Below are positions 44,933-53,147 of a stretch of DNA of 61,224 nucleotides, piece after piece. Below the pieces are notes generated by a model, which saw only the letters and a program-made list of their open reading frames with translations, was not told where the DNA came from and made no database searches. Source of the DNA: an uncultured Erysipelotrichaceae bacterium (GTDB lineage Bacteria > Bacillota_I > Bacilli_A > RF39 > UBA660); the NCBI GenBank assembly GCA_902767245.1, contig CACXGO010000037.1, forward strand, positions 1 through 61,224, in the 5' to 3' direction. The position numbers were made by a program, and so were the translations under genes. Position 1 is the stretch's first letter. Every line of letters starts with the position of its first letter.

Positions 44933-46687
44933 ATGTTTGAAAAAATTATATATCTGAGTGATAACATGGCACATGTTTCTTTATCACCTAATGTACCATT
45001 GTCTTTTAATATCATGAATATGCATGTAGTATTTCAAGATTCTGAAAAATGCATATTGGGTGAAATTGAAGACATTGATGAAAAAGTTGTCAAAATTCGT
45101 TTTTTGGGCGAATTTAATAATCAAGAATTCATAAGTGGTACTATTAGAAAACCGCTTTTAAATGCAACAATAAGGCTTATAAATAAAGAAGAAATACCAT
45201 ATATAATGGGAGAAAATAATAACAACAATGTTTTTATTGGAACTTCGCCACTTTATAATAATTTTCCAATTTTTAGTTCAATAAATGATTTGTTTAGTAA
45301 TCATATGGCTATATTCGGAAATACCGGTAGTGGTAAATCATATGGAGTAGCTAGGCTTTTACAAAATGTTTTTGAAAATCCAAAATTGCAACCATTCAAA
45401 GCTATTTTTTGGATATTTGATGCTTATGGTGAGTATCATAGCGCTTTTAAAGATATTAATAAAATAAATCCTAATTACAATTTCAAATTTTATTCAACTA
45501 ATGAAGAAACTGGTGGTGAAAAATTAAGAATACCACCTTGGCTTTTAACAGTGGATGATCTAGCTTTATTGCTTCGTGCAGATAGTCATACTCAAATTCC
45601 AATATTAGAAAAGACTTTGAGACTAGTAAGAATATTTTCGCAAAATGATAATGCTTCTTATGCATGTAAGGATTATTTAATTGCAAAAGCAATCGTTAAT
45701 ATAATGTATAATAATCAAACAGCGATGAATAAACGTAATGACATTTTTACAATTTTAAATACTTGTCAGACTCCAAATTTTGGAATCGAAACACTTGTTC
45801 ATGGAATAGGATATACAAGAAGACTTCGTGAGTGTTTTGAAATAGATTTAAATGGCAATTTTGCGGAAACAGTTTTATTAAATACATATTTATCTAATTT
45901 TTTAAATGCTGAAGCTGATAATTATATACCTCAAACATTGAGACCATATTCATTAAAAGATATTGAAAGTGCACTTGATTTTGCTCTTATATCTGATGGA
46001 GTTTTAAATAATCCAAAATCTTATGGCGATGCTATAACTCTAAAAGTAAGACTTCATAGTATTGTAAATAGTGAAAATTCAAGATTTTTTGATTATAATT
46101 TAAGTGAATACATAAATTTAGAAAAATTTATAGCATCTCTAGTTTCTAAAGAAGGAAAAAGAGCACAAATAATAAATTTTAATTTAGAAGATATAGATGA
46201 TGCACTTGCAAAAGTGTTGACAAAAGTATTTTCACGTATGCTTTTTGAATTTACAAAGAATTTGGAAGATAGAGCAACCATTCCATTTAATGTGTTTTTA
46301 GAGGAAGCTCATCGATATGTTCAAAATGATAATGATGTTTATTTGTTAGGATATAATATTTTTGAACGTATTGCTAAGGAAGGAAGAAAATATGGGCTTA
46401 TTTATAATTTAATTTCGCAAAGACCAGTAGAACTTTCAGAAACTGTAATTTCTCAGTGTACTAATTTCTTCATTTTCAAAATGAGTCATCCACGTGACAT
46501 TGATTTTATTAAAAAAATGTTACCAAATATTAATAATGAAATTGTTGAAAAACAAAAAAGTTTACAACCAGGAACTTGTGTAGCCTTTGGTCGCGCATTT
46601 AAAGTTCCTCAAATTATTAAAATGCCACTTCCAAGTCCAGCACCATCAAGTAATAGCTGTGATATTGTGAATAGGTGGAGAGCATGA
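44933..46687 (+). CDS. HerA-like (DUF87) P-loop ATPase of the FtsK-HerA superfamily
   Basis: N-terminal beta-rich, HAS-barrel-like region (ILGEIEDIDEKVVKIRFLGEF), Walker A FGNTGSGKS, long helical insert, Walker B-like PFNVFLEEAHRY, GRKYGLIYNLISQRPVELSETVISQCTNFFIFKM. ATG 44933 is 9 nt after AGGGG. Confidence 0.8.
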   Translation: MFEKIIYLSDNMAHVSLSPNVPLSFNIMNMHVVFQDSEKCILGEIEDIDEKVVKIRFLGEFNNQEFISGTIRKPLLNATIRLINKEEIPYIMGENNNNNVFIGTSPLYNNFPIFSSINDLFSNHMAIFGNTGSGKSYGVARLLQNVFENPKLQPFKAIFWIFDAYGEYHSAFKDINKINPNYNFKFYSTNEETGGEKLRIPPWLLTVDDLALLLRADSHTQIPILEKTLRLVRIFSQNDNASYACKDYLIAKAIVNIMYNNQTAMNKRNDIFTILNTCQTPNFGIETLVHGIGYTRRLRECFEIDLNGNFAETVLLNTYLSNFLNAEADNYIPQTLRPYSLKDIESALDFALISDGVLNNPKSYGDAITLKVRLHSIVNSENSRFFDYNLSEYINLEKFIASLVSKEGKRAQIINFNLEDIDDALAKVLTKVFSRMLFEFTKNLEDRATIPFNVFLEEAHRYVQNDNDVYLLGYNIFERIAKEGRKYGLIYNLISQRPVELSETVISQCTNFFIFKMSHPRDIDFIKKMLPNINNEIVEKQKSLQPGTCVAFGRAFKVPQIIKMPLPSPAPSSNSCDIVNRWRA

Positions 46688-47463
46688 AAAAAGATTTAAC
46701 TAATCCATTAGTTATTATTTCTTTAATATTAGTTATATTAGTAATAGCAATCTTTATTAAGTATTATTTTGTTAAACCATTATTTAAAGAAGCAAGTAAA
46801 ATTGAAGTTTCAGCAGAAGAAAAACTAGATTTGAAACTTTTGACAAAAGCTTATTTAAATCAAAACAAAAATATAGCAATTCAAAAAAAGCTTTTTGGTT
46901 CAAATAATATAAATGAATTTGCAGTTGCTGCCAATTACTATTATTTAAAAAAGGGAATTGATCATTTAAATGAATATGATTCAATTCTTAAAGTTGGGAG
47001 AAAAATATTTAACAATAAGAGTTTAAATTTTTCTAATTTTGAGGTTAACATTGATGAAAAATCATGCGGTAAAGAAAAATATACGACATTAGAAGGAATA
47101 ATTTATAATGATGAATGTGATAAAGAACTTTTAATCTATGAAATAGGTGACATTTACAAGCAAGGAAATAATTATGTTGTTGAGTTTTATGCTTCAAAAG
47201 CTGTTCAAAAATTAATTTCTTCAAACAAGGAATGTGATAATTATGAAAAGTCAGTTGCATATAATTTAACATTAACTGATTTAGAAAATAATGAATTTTT
47301 TAATGAATTATATTCAAGGTGTTGTTTAGATAATTGCTTGGTAGAAGGAATCGATTCATTAAAGGATGATATTTTAAAGCAAATGAAAATGCACAATCAC
47401 ATCTATAAATTAGTTTTTCAAAAAAATGAAAATGATTTTGTATATGATAAGCTAAAAAAATAA
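46684..47463 (+). CDS. N-terminally membrane-anchored protein with a six-cysteine C-terminal domain; function unknown; translationally coupled to the HerA-like ATPase
   Basis: ATGA start/stop overlap at 46684-46687. TM helix LVIISLILVILVIAIFI. Cys in SCG, ECD, ECD, RCC and NC contexts. Terminator follows. Confidence 0.65.
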   Translation: MKKDLTNPLVIISLILVILVIAIFIKYYFVKPLFKEASKIEVSAEEKLDLKLLTKAYLNQNKNIAIQKKLFGSNNINEFAVAANYYYLKKGIDHLNEYDSILKVGRKIFNNKSLNFSNFEVNIDEKSCGKEKYTTLEGIIYNDECDKELLIYEIGDIYKQGNNYVVEFYASKAVQKLISSNKECDNYEKSVAYNLTLTDLENNEFFNELYSRCCLDNCLVEGIDSLKDDILKQMKMHNHIYKLVFQKNENDFVYDKLKK

Positions 47464-47483
47464 GCATTATTGCTTATTTTTTT
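47459..47483 (+). terminator. Rho-independent terminator ending the ftsY...HerA unit
   Basis: AATAAGCA (47459-47466) / TGCTTATT (47471-47478), then T-run. Confidence 0.75.
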
Positions 47484-47484
47484 A

Positions 47485-47513
47485 TTGATAACATTATTTT
47501 TTTAAGATATAAT
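47485..47513 (+). promoter_or_regulatory. Sigma-A promoter of the AI-2E transporter gene
   Basis: TTGATA (47485-47490), 17 nt, TATAAT (47508-47513). Confidence 0.6.
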
Positions 47514-47531
47514 TATAATGAGGTGTTTAAT

Positions 47532-48659
47532 ATGAATAATAAAGATCTTAATTACAAAAAATTGAATGAAGTCATTTCTTTATCAAGCAAATTATTAAAA
47601 ATATTTTACTTTTTAATAATTGTTGTTGGTATTTATGCATGTACTTTGATTGCAAAAGAATGGACAATATTTAAAACAATTGGGACAATTATAGGACTAT
47701 TGACACCACTTTTTATTGGACTTATATTTTCTTGGTTACTTAAACCTTTGGTTAACTATTTAGAAACTAAAAAAGTAAGACGATGGATTACAATAGTTGC
47801 CATTTATGTTGTTATATTAGCTTTATTATATTTATTGTTATCAACACTTATTCCTGTTTTATATGAACAAGTTAGTGAATTAGCTAAATTATTACCATCA
47901 ATATTTTCGGATTTAAAAGTATCAATAAACAAATTTATTGATGGTATTAATGGAACAATGGGAGTTGATTTTTCAGCAGCTAAAGATAATATTTTTATGA
48001 AAATTGAGGAATGGGCAATGACATTGGTTCAAGATTTACCAAATACTTTAATTTCTTTTGGCAGTTCGATTATATCAGGCGTTGGTACATTTATAATAGG
48101 CTTAATAATTGGAGCATTTTTGTTAATTAAACCAAAAAAAGAAATATCGTTGGTAAAGCTTTTACCTAAAAAATATCAGTTTGATACAGAATTATTATTA
48201 TCCGAAATAAATTCAATATTTAGAAGTTTTGTTAACGGAACTCTTGCACTTGCAACTTTAGTATTTGCTTTATGTGCAATCGGTTTTTCAATTGCGGATT
48301 TAAAAGGTGCAATTCTATTTGCATTCTTCTGCGGAATAACTAATATTATTCCATATATTGGACCATATATAGGGGCTGCTCCAGCATTAGTTGTTGCGTT
48401 TTCGCAAGGAACTGGAGTTGGTATAGCAGTTTTAATTGTTATTTTGATTGTTCAAGGTTTAGAAGGGAATTTATTACAACCAATTGTTATGAGTCGTACA
48501 ATGAAATTAAGTCCAGTAACAGTTATAATTGCATTATTGGTATTTGGTCATTTCTGGGGAGTTATAGGTATGATTTTATCTACTCCAATAATTGCAACAC
48601 TTAAATCTCTATTCGTATTTTTAAATAAAAAATTTAATGTAATAAAATATAACATCTAA
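47532..48659 (+). CDS. AI-2E family transporter (PerM/YtvI-like permease)
   Basis: Polytopic membrane protein with the family-typical C-terminal region (ITNIIPYIGPYIGAAPALVVA...LLQPIVMSRTMKLSPVTVIIALLVFGHFWGVIGMILSTPI). Confidence 0.8.
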   Translation: MNNKDLNYKKLNEVISLSSKLLKIFYFLIIVVGIYACTLIAKEWTIFKTIGTIIGLLTPLFIGLIFSWLLKPLVNYLETKKVRRWITIVAIYVVILALLYLLLSTLIPVLYEQVSELAKLLPSIFSDLKVSINKFIDGINGTMGVDFSAAKDNIFMKIEEWAMTLVQDLPNTLISFGSSIISGVGTFIIGLIIGAFLLIKPKKEISLVKLLPKKYQFDTELLLSEINSIFRSFVNGTLALATLVFALCAIGFSIADLKGAILFAFFCGITNIIPYIGPYIGAAPALVVAFSQGTGVGIAVLIVILIVQGLEGNLLQPIVMSRTMKLSPVTVIIALLVFGHFWGVIGMILSTPIIATLKSLFVFLNKKFNVIKYNI

Positions 48660-48682
48660 AAACCACTTAAAGTGGTTTTCTT
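48659..48682 (+). terminator. Rho-independent terminator
   Basis: AAACCACT (48660-48667) / AGTGGTTT (48671-48678), then TCTT. Confidence 0.65.
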
Positions 48683-48698
48683 ATAATAAGGAGCTAAT

Positions 48699-49244
48699 AT
48701 GGAATTTAATAAAAAAGAAATAAAACTATTTATTTTGTCTGGAAAATCAGGAAGTGGGAAAGATACTACTTATTCAATTATTGAAAAATTTTATAAAGAT
48801 AAAAAAGTAATAGGAATATCATTTGCATATTATATCAAAGATTATGCTAAACGTGTAAGTAATTGGGATGGTAGTGAAGAGACAAAACCACGAGAACTTT
48901 TACAAAATATTGGGATTGAATTAGTAAAAGAAAAAATTGATGATCGACTTTTTATTAGAAGAGTATTAGAAGATATTGAAATATTTTCCTATTTTTATGA
49001 TATAATAGTCGTTACTGATGCAAGATTAGTTGAAGAAGTAGAAGAATTGAAGAAGAAATATCCAAATTCAATAAGCATTAGATTAAAAAGAGATGTTCAA
49101 AATAAACTTTCTCAAGAAGAAAAAAAGCATTTAACTGAAGTAGGATTAGATAATTATGATAATTTTGATTATGTAATTGAAAATAATGATAATCTGTTAA
49201 AAGAGAAAGTTGAAAAAGTTTTAAAAGAGGTAAATCATGAATAA
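48699..49244 (+). CDS. P-loop kinase resembling phage-type deoxynucleoside monophosphate (dNMP) kinases
   Basis: LFILSGKSGSGKDTT P-loop (cf. T4 gp1 FLSGVKRSGKDT); size about 180 aa. Confidence 0.55.
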   Translation: MEFNKKEIKLFILSGKSGSGKDTTYSIIEKFYKDKKVIGISFAYYIKDYAKRVSNWDGSEETKPRELLQNIGIELVKEKIDDRLFIRRVLEDIEIFSYFYDIIVVTDARLVEEVEELKKKYPNSISIRLKRDVQNKLSQEEKKHLTEVGLDNYDNFDYVIENNDNLLKEKVEKVLKEVNHE

Positions 49245-49788
49245 AATAATCGCAATAGTAGGAATGTGTGGGGTTGGAAAGTCAGTGGCCAGTGAATATT
49301 TAGAAAATTTAGGGTATAAAAAAGTATATTTTGGTGGTATTACATATGACAAATTGAAAGAGGCTGGAATTGAGCGTACACCAGAATCAGAAAAGAAAAT
49401 GCGTGAAGGGTTAAGAAAAGAGTATGGAATGGCTTGTTACGCAATTTTATCTCTACCAAAAATAAAAGAATATTACAAAAATAGTAATGTAGTTATTGAT
49501 GATTTATATAGTTGGTCAGAATATAAAACTTTGATAAACGAATTTGGTAATAATGTAGTTTTAATAGGTGTTATTGCAGATAAAGAAATTCGTTATTCAA
49601 GGATTGCAATTCGACCTGGAAGAAGTTATAATTGTGCTGAAGCGATTGATCGTGATTTAAGTGAAATTGAAAATTTAGAAAAAGGTGGTCCAATAGCTTA
49701 TGCAGATTATTTCATATTTAATAATGGAACAATTTCTGAATATCATAAAAGATTAGATGAAATACTAAAACAAATTGAAGGTGAATAA
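49237..49788 (+). CDS. P-loop nucleotide/nucleoside kinase-like protein (UPF0200 / dephospho-CoA-kinase-like AAA ATPase type)
   Basis: IIAIVGMCGVGKSVASEYLENLGY P-loop, RxxxR lid-like IRYSRIAIRPGR, C-terminal ADYFIFNNGT. Confidence 0.55.
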   Translation: MNKIIAIVGMCGVGKSVASEYLENLGYKKVYFGGITYDKLKEAGIERTPESEKKMREGLRKEYGMACYAILSLPKIKEYYKNSNVVIDDLYSWSEYKTLINEFGNNVVLIGVIADKEIRYSRIAIRPGRSYNCAEAIDRDLSEIENLEKGGPIAYADYFIFNNGTISEYHKRLDEILKQIEGE

Positions 49789-49790
49789 AA

Positions 49791-51539
49791 ATGAATTTGA
49801 AAGATTTATATATTGATTTTTTTGTAAGCAAAGGACATGTGCAAATTCCAAGTGCTCCAGTAGTGCCTGAAAATGATCCAAGTGTACTATTTAATACAGC
49901 AGGGATGCAACCTTTAATTCCATATCTAATGGGCCAAAAACATCCTTATGGTACAAGACTATGTGATTATCAAAAATGTGTTCGAACTAATGATTTGGAT
50001 AATATTGGAGATACTTATCATCATACTTTTTTTGAAATGTTAGGTAATTGGAGTTTAGGAGATTATTTTAAAAAAGAAGCTATTACTTGGAGTTTTGAAT
50101 TTTTAACTAAAGTCTTAAATATCCCAGTTGAGAGACTTGCTGTTACAGTTTTTGCTGGTAATGATATTATTTCAAAAGACGAAGAGGCAATTGCTATATG
50201 GAAGAGTCTTGGAATAAAAGATGAAAGAATTTGTCCAACTGCTAATGATAATTTTTGGATTGCCGGTGAAACCGGACCATGTGGACCAGATACCGAAATG
50301 TTTTATTTTAGAAGTAATGATCCTATTCCAGAAAAATTTGATCCTGAAGATAATCGTTGGGTTGAAATTTGGAATGATGTTTTTATGCAATATAACAAAG
50401 ATGCAAGTGGCAGTGTAACTGAACTTCCACATAAAAATGTTGATACTGGTATGGGAGTTGAAAGAACAACCGCTATTTTAGAAGGAGTTAATGATAATTA
50501 TTTATCATCAATTTGGTCTGATGTTATCGCATTAATCGAAAAAATATCTGGATTAAAATATGCTGGTCATGAAAAAGAGATGCGTATTATTGCTGATCAT
50601 ATGCGTACAGCAGTATTTATTTCGGCTGATCCAGCAGGAATAAAGCCATCAAATACAGATCAAGGATATATTTTAAGAAGACTCATCAGAAGAACAATAA
50701 GATATGCTAAAAAATTAGATATTGATATTAATTCTGATTGGGAAAAAGAAATTGCTGAATTGATTATTTCAAAGTATGATAATTATTATTCGGAATTAAA
50801 AACAAACCATGAAGTTGTTTTAAATGTCTTAAATTCTGAAAAAGTTAAATTTAACCGTACATTAGAAAAAGGATTGAAAGAGTTTAATAAAATCGTGAGT
50901 GCCTTAACTGATAAAGTTTTAAACAAAGACCTAGCATTTAAACTTTATGATACCTATGGATTTCCTATTGAACTTACAGTTGAACTTGCAAATGAGCAAG
51001 GAATTACAGTTGATGAAGAAGGTTTTAAAGAAAAATTTAAAGCTCATCAAGAATTATCTAGAACTGCATCAGCAGGTAAGTTTAAAGGTGGTTTAGCTGG
51101 TAACAATGAAATTGAAACACGTTATCATACAGCAACTCATTTGCTTAACGCCGCTTTAAAGAAAGTTATAAATAATGATGTTCATCAAAAGGGATCAAAT
51201 ATTACAGATGAAAGAATGCGTTTTGATTTCTCGTGTGATCATAAATTAACTCCAGAAGAAATTGAACAAGCAGAAAAATTAGTTAATGAATACATAAAAG
51301 AAGGATTAGATGTAACGGTTGAGTCAATGCCAAAAGAAGAAGCTATTAAGTCTGGAGCAGAATGTATGTTCATTGAAAAATATCCTGATATTGTAACAGT
51401 TTATTCAATTGGAGATGTTTCAAAAGAATTATGTGGTGGACCTCATGTAAAAAATACACGTGAGCTTGGTGAATTTAAAATAATTAAAGAAGAAGCATCA
51501 TCGGCAGGTGTAAGAAGAATAAAAGCTATTTTAAAATAG
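49791..51539 (+). CDS. alaS: Alanine--tRNA ligase, short form (582 aa): catalytic and tRNA-recognition domains plus a minimal editing core; no C-Ala domain
   Basis: FFVSKGH, DPSVLFTNAGM-like DPSVLFNTAGMQP, QKCVRTNDLDNIG, HHTFFEMLGNWSLGDYFK, GPCGPDTEMF, WNDVFMQYN, VDTGMGVERT, HTATHLLNAAL (HxxxH), CGGPHV, GVRRIKAILK then stop. Confidence 0.85.
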   Translation: MNLKDLYIDFFVSKGHVQIPSAPVVPENDPSVLFNTAGMQPLIPYLMGQKHPYGTRLCDYQKCVRTNDLDNIGDTYHHTFFEMLGNWSLGDYFKKEAITWSFEFLTKVLNIPVERLAVTVFAGNDIISKDEEAIAIWKSLGIKDERICPTANDNFWIAGETGPCGPDTEMFYFRSNDPIPEKFDPEDNRWVEIWNDVFMQYNKDASGSVTELPHKNVDTGMGVERTTAILEGVNDNYLSSIWSDVIALIEKISGLKYAGHEKEMRIIADHMRTAVFISADPAGIKPSNTDQGYILRRLIRRTIRYAKKLDIDINSDWEKEIAELIISKYDNYYSELKTNHEVVLNVLNSEKVKFNRTLEKGLKEFNKIVSALTDKVLNKDLAFKLYDTYGFPIELTVELANEQGITVDEEGFKEKFKAHQELSRTASAGKFKGGLAGNNEIETRYHTATHLLNAALKKVINNDVHQKGSNITDERMRFDFSCDHKLTPEEIEQAEKLVNEYIKEGLDVTVESMPKEEAIKSGAECMFIEKYPDIVTVYSIGDVSKELCGGPHVKNTRELGEFKIIKEEASSAGVRRIKAILK

Positions 51540-51548
51540 CTTTTTTTG
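51522..51548 (+). terminator. Rho-independent terminator overlapping the alaS stop
   Basis: AAAGCTATTTT (51522-51532) / AAAATAGCTTT (51533-51543) perfect palindrome, then T-run. Confidence 0.7.
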
Positions 51549-51614
51549 TTTGAATTTAAAATGATTATGTGATATATTATAGATAGAGTAAAAAATAGGG
51601 AAAAGGGGAGAATT

Positions 51615-53078
51615 ATGAAGAAAATTTTATTAGCAATTTTATTAACTATTTTATTACCATTCACAGTAAATGCGGAAGAACCAATATTTAAACTTCAATG
51701 TCCAACGGGAGGAGTAATTAATAGTACACTTAAATGTGAACTTTCAGTAATAACTGAGAGAACAGTTAACGAAGTTTCATTAGAATATGATTTTGAGGAT
51801 AAATTTACGTATGAATCATTTGTACCAGCTTCAAATTTTACATCTGAATCGGCTACATCAAGTGGATTCACTATAAAGAATGCTACTGGAATGACTGGGG
51901 AATTTGAAATAGGCGTATTATCAGTTAAATTTTTACAAGCTGGTAATATGGGTTTAAAAAATATCAAAATAGTTGACAACACGCCATCCACTTTTACAGC
52001 ACCTTCAATTGCCCAACCAATTGCAGCATTATCTGGGGATAATACTTTAAAAACTTTAACATTTTCAAGTGGTGAGTTATCACCAAAATTTGATGCAAGT
52101 ATTACAAATTATAAATTAGAAGTAGAAGAATCATCTATAACAATTACTGCGACTGCTAATGATACAAAAGCCAAAGTTAGTGGAACAGGTAAAAAAAATC
52201 TTGCATATGGGGATAACATTATTAATGTAGTAGTAGTAAGTGAAAGTGGAAGCAAAAAAACTTATAAAATTACTGTAACACGCAAAGATAATCGAAATGC
52301 AAACAATAATATTAAATCATTAACTTTATCAATCGGAACATTTAGTTTTACACCAGAAACAACTTCATATATAATTCCGGTACAAAAAGATGTTGAAAAA
52401 GTACAAATAACTGCAGAATTAGAAGATTCAAAAGCCTCGTTTGTAAAAAATTATGGTCCGAGAGAAATTCAAATAAGTGGTGAAAAAACGGTAGCAGAAT
52501 TAAAGGTAAAAAGTGAATCTGAAGTAGTTAAAGTATACACATTGACATTTGTAAAAACAGATAAAGTATTATCGGATGATAATACAATCAAAGAACTTAC
52601 AATTGAAGGTTATGAAATTGATTTTAAATCAGAAGTTACAACTTATGAATTAAAAGTAAAAGAAAATGACACACTTAAATTTAAAATTTTATTAAATAGT
52701 GAAAACGCAAAATATGAACTTATAAATAGTGATTTAAAAGATGGAAATACGGTAATTATAAAAGTAACTGCTGAAAACGGAGATATTCGTGAATACAAAT
52801 TTAATTTGGTTCAAGAAAAATCAGAAATTAAATCTATTAAAGAAGATTTGGTTTGTAATGATAATTCAATAATTTATTATTTGATATTCTTTGTTTTAGG
52901 TCTAATCATTGCAACTATTATTTCTAATATTGTTTATAACAAAAAGATAAAAAAAATAGAGAAAAAATATCGTTCTGAAATAAATCAAAATTATATACCA
53001 AATAAAAATAATGAAGAAGTTTTATTTTATGATGATTATGATCAAAATATTTATCGTAATAATGGGAATAGTAATTAA
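51615..53078 (+). CDS. Secreted, C-terminally membrane-anchored surface protein with three cadherin-like beta-sandwich repeats
   Basis: Signal peptide MKKILLAILLTILLPFTVNAEE. Repeats start DNTLKTLTFSSGELSPKFDASITNYKLEV, NNNIKSLTLSIGTFSFTPETTSYIIPV and DNTIKELTIEGYEIDFKSEVTTYELKV. TM helix IIYYLIFFVLGLIIATIISNIV near the C-terminus. Confidence 0.7.
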   Translation: MKKILLAILLTILLPFTVNAEEPIFKLQCPTGGVINSTLKCELSVITERTVNEVSLEYDFEDKFTYESFVPASNFTSESATSSGFTIKNATGMTGEFEIGVLSVKFLQAGNMGLKNIKIVDNTPSTFTAPSIAQPIAALSGDNTLKTLTFSSGELSPKFDASITNYKLEVEESSITITATANDTKAKVSGTGKKNLAYGDNIINVVVVSESGSKKTYKITVTRKDNRNANNNIKSLTLSIGTFSFTPETTSYIIPVQKDVEKVQITAELEDSKASFVKNYGPREIQISGEKTVAELKVKSESEVVKVYTLTFVKTDKVLSDDNTIKELTIEGYEIDFKSEVTTYELKVKENDTLKFKILLNSENAKYELINSDLKDGNTVIIKVTAENGDIREYKFNLVQEKSEIKSIKEDLVCNDNSIIYYLIFFVLGLIIATIISNIVYNKKIKKIEKKYRSEINQNYIPNKNNEEVLFYDDYDQNIYRNNGNSN

Positions 53079-53104
53079 AAATAACACATATGTGTTATTT
53101 TTTG
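53079..53104 (+). terminator. Rho-independent terminator
   Basis: AATAACACA (53080-53088) / TGTGTTATT (53091-53099), then TTTT. Confidence 0.75.
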
Positions 53105-53147
53105 TCAAAACACAAATTAATTTGTTATAATTAAATAGGTGATATGA

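Noticed and set aside
48699-49788. Phage-type dNMP-kinase-like gene as evidence for a prophage remnant.
   Set aside because: No integrase, terminase, capsid/tail genes, att-like repeats or tRNA-adjacent junction flank it. It is in an operon with alaS between two ordinary terminators.
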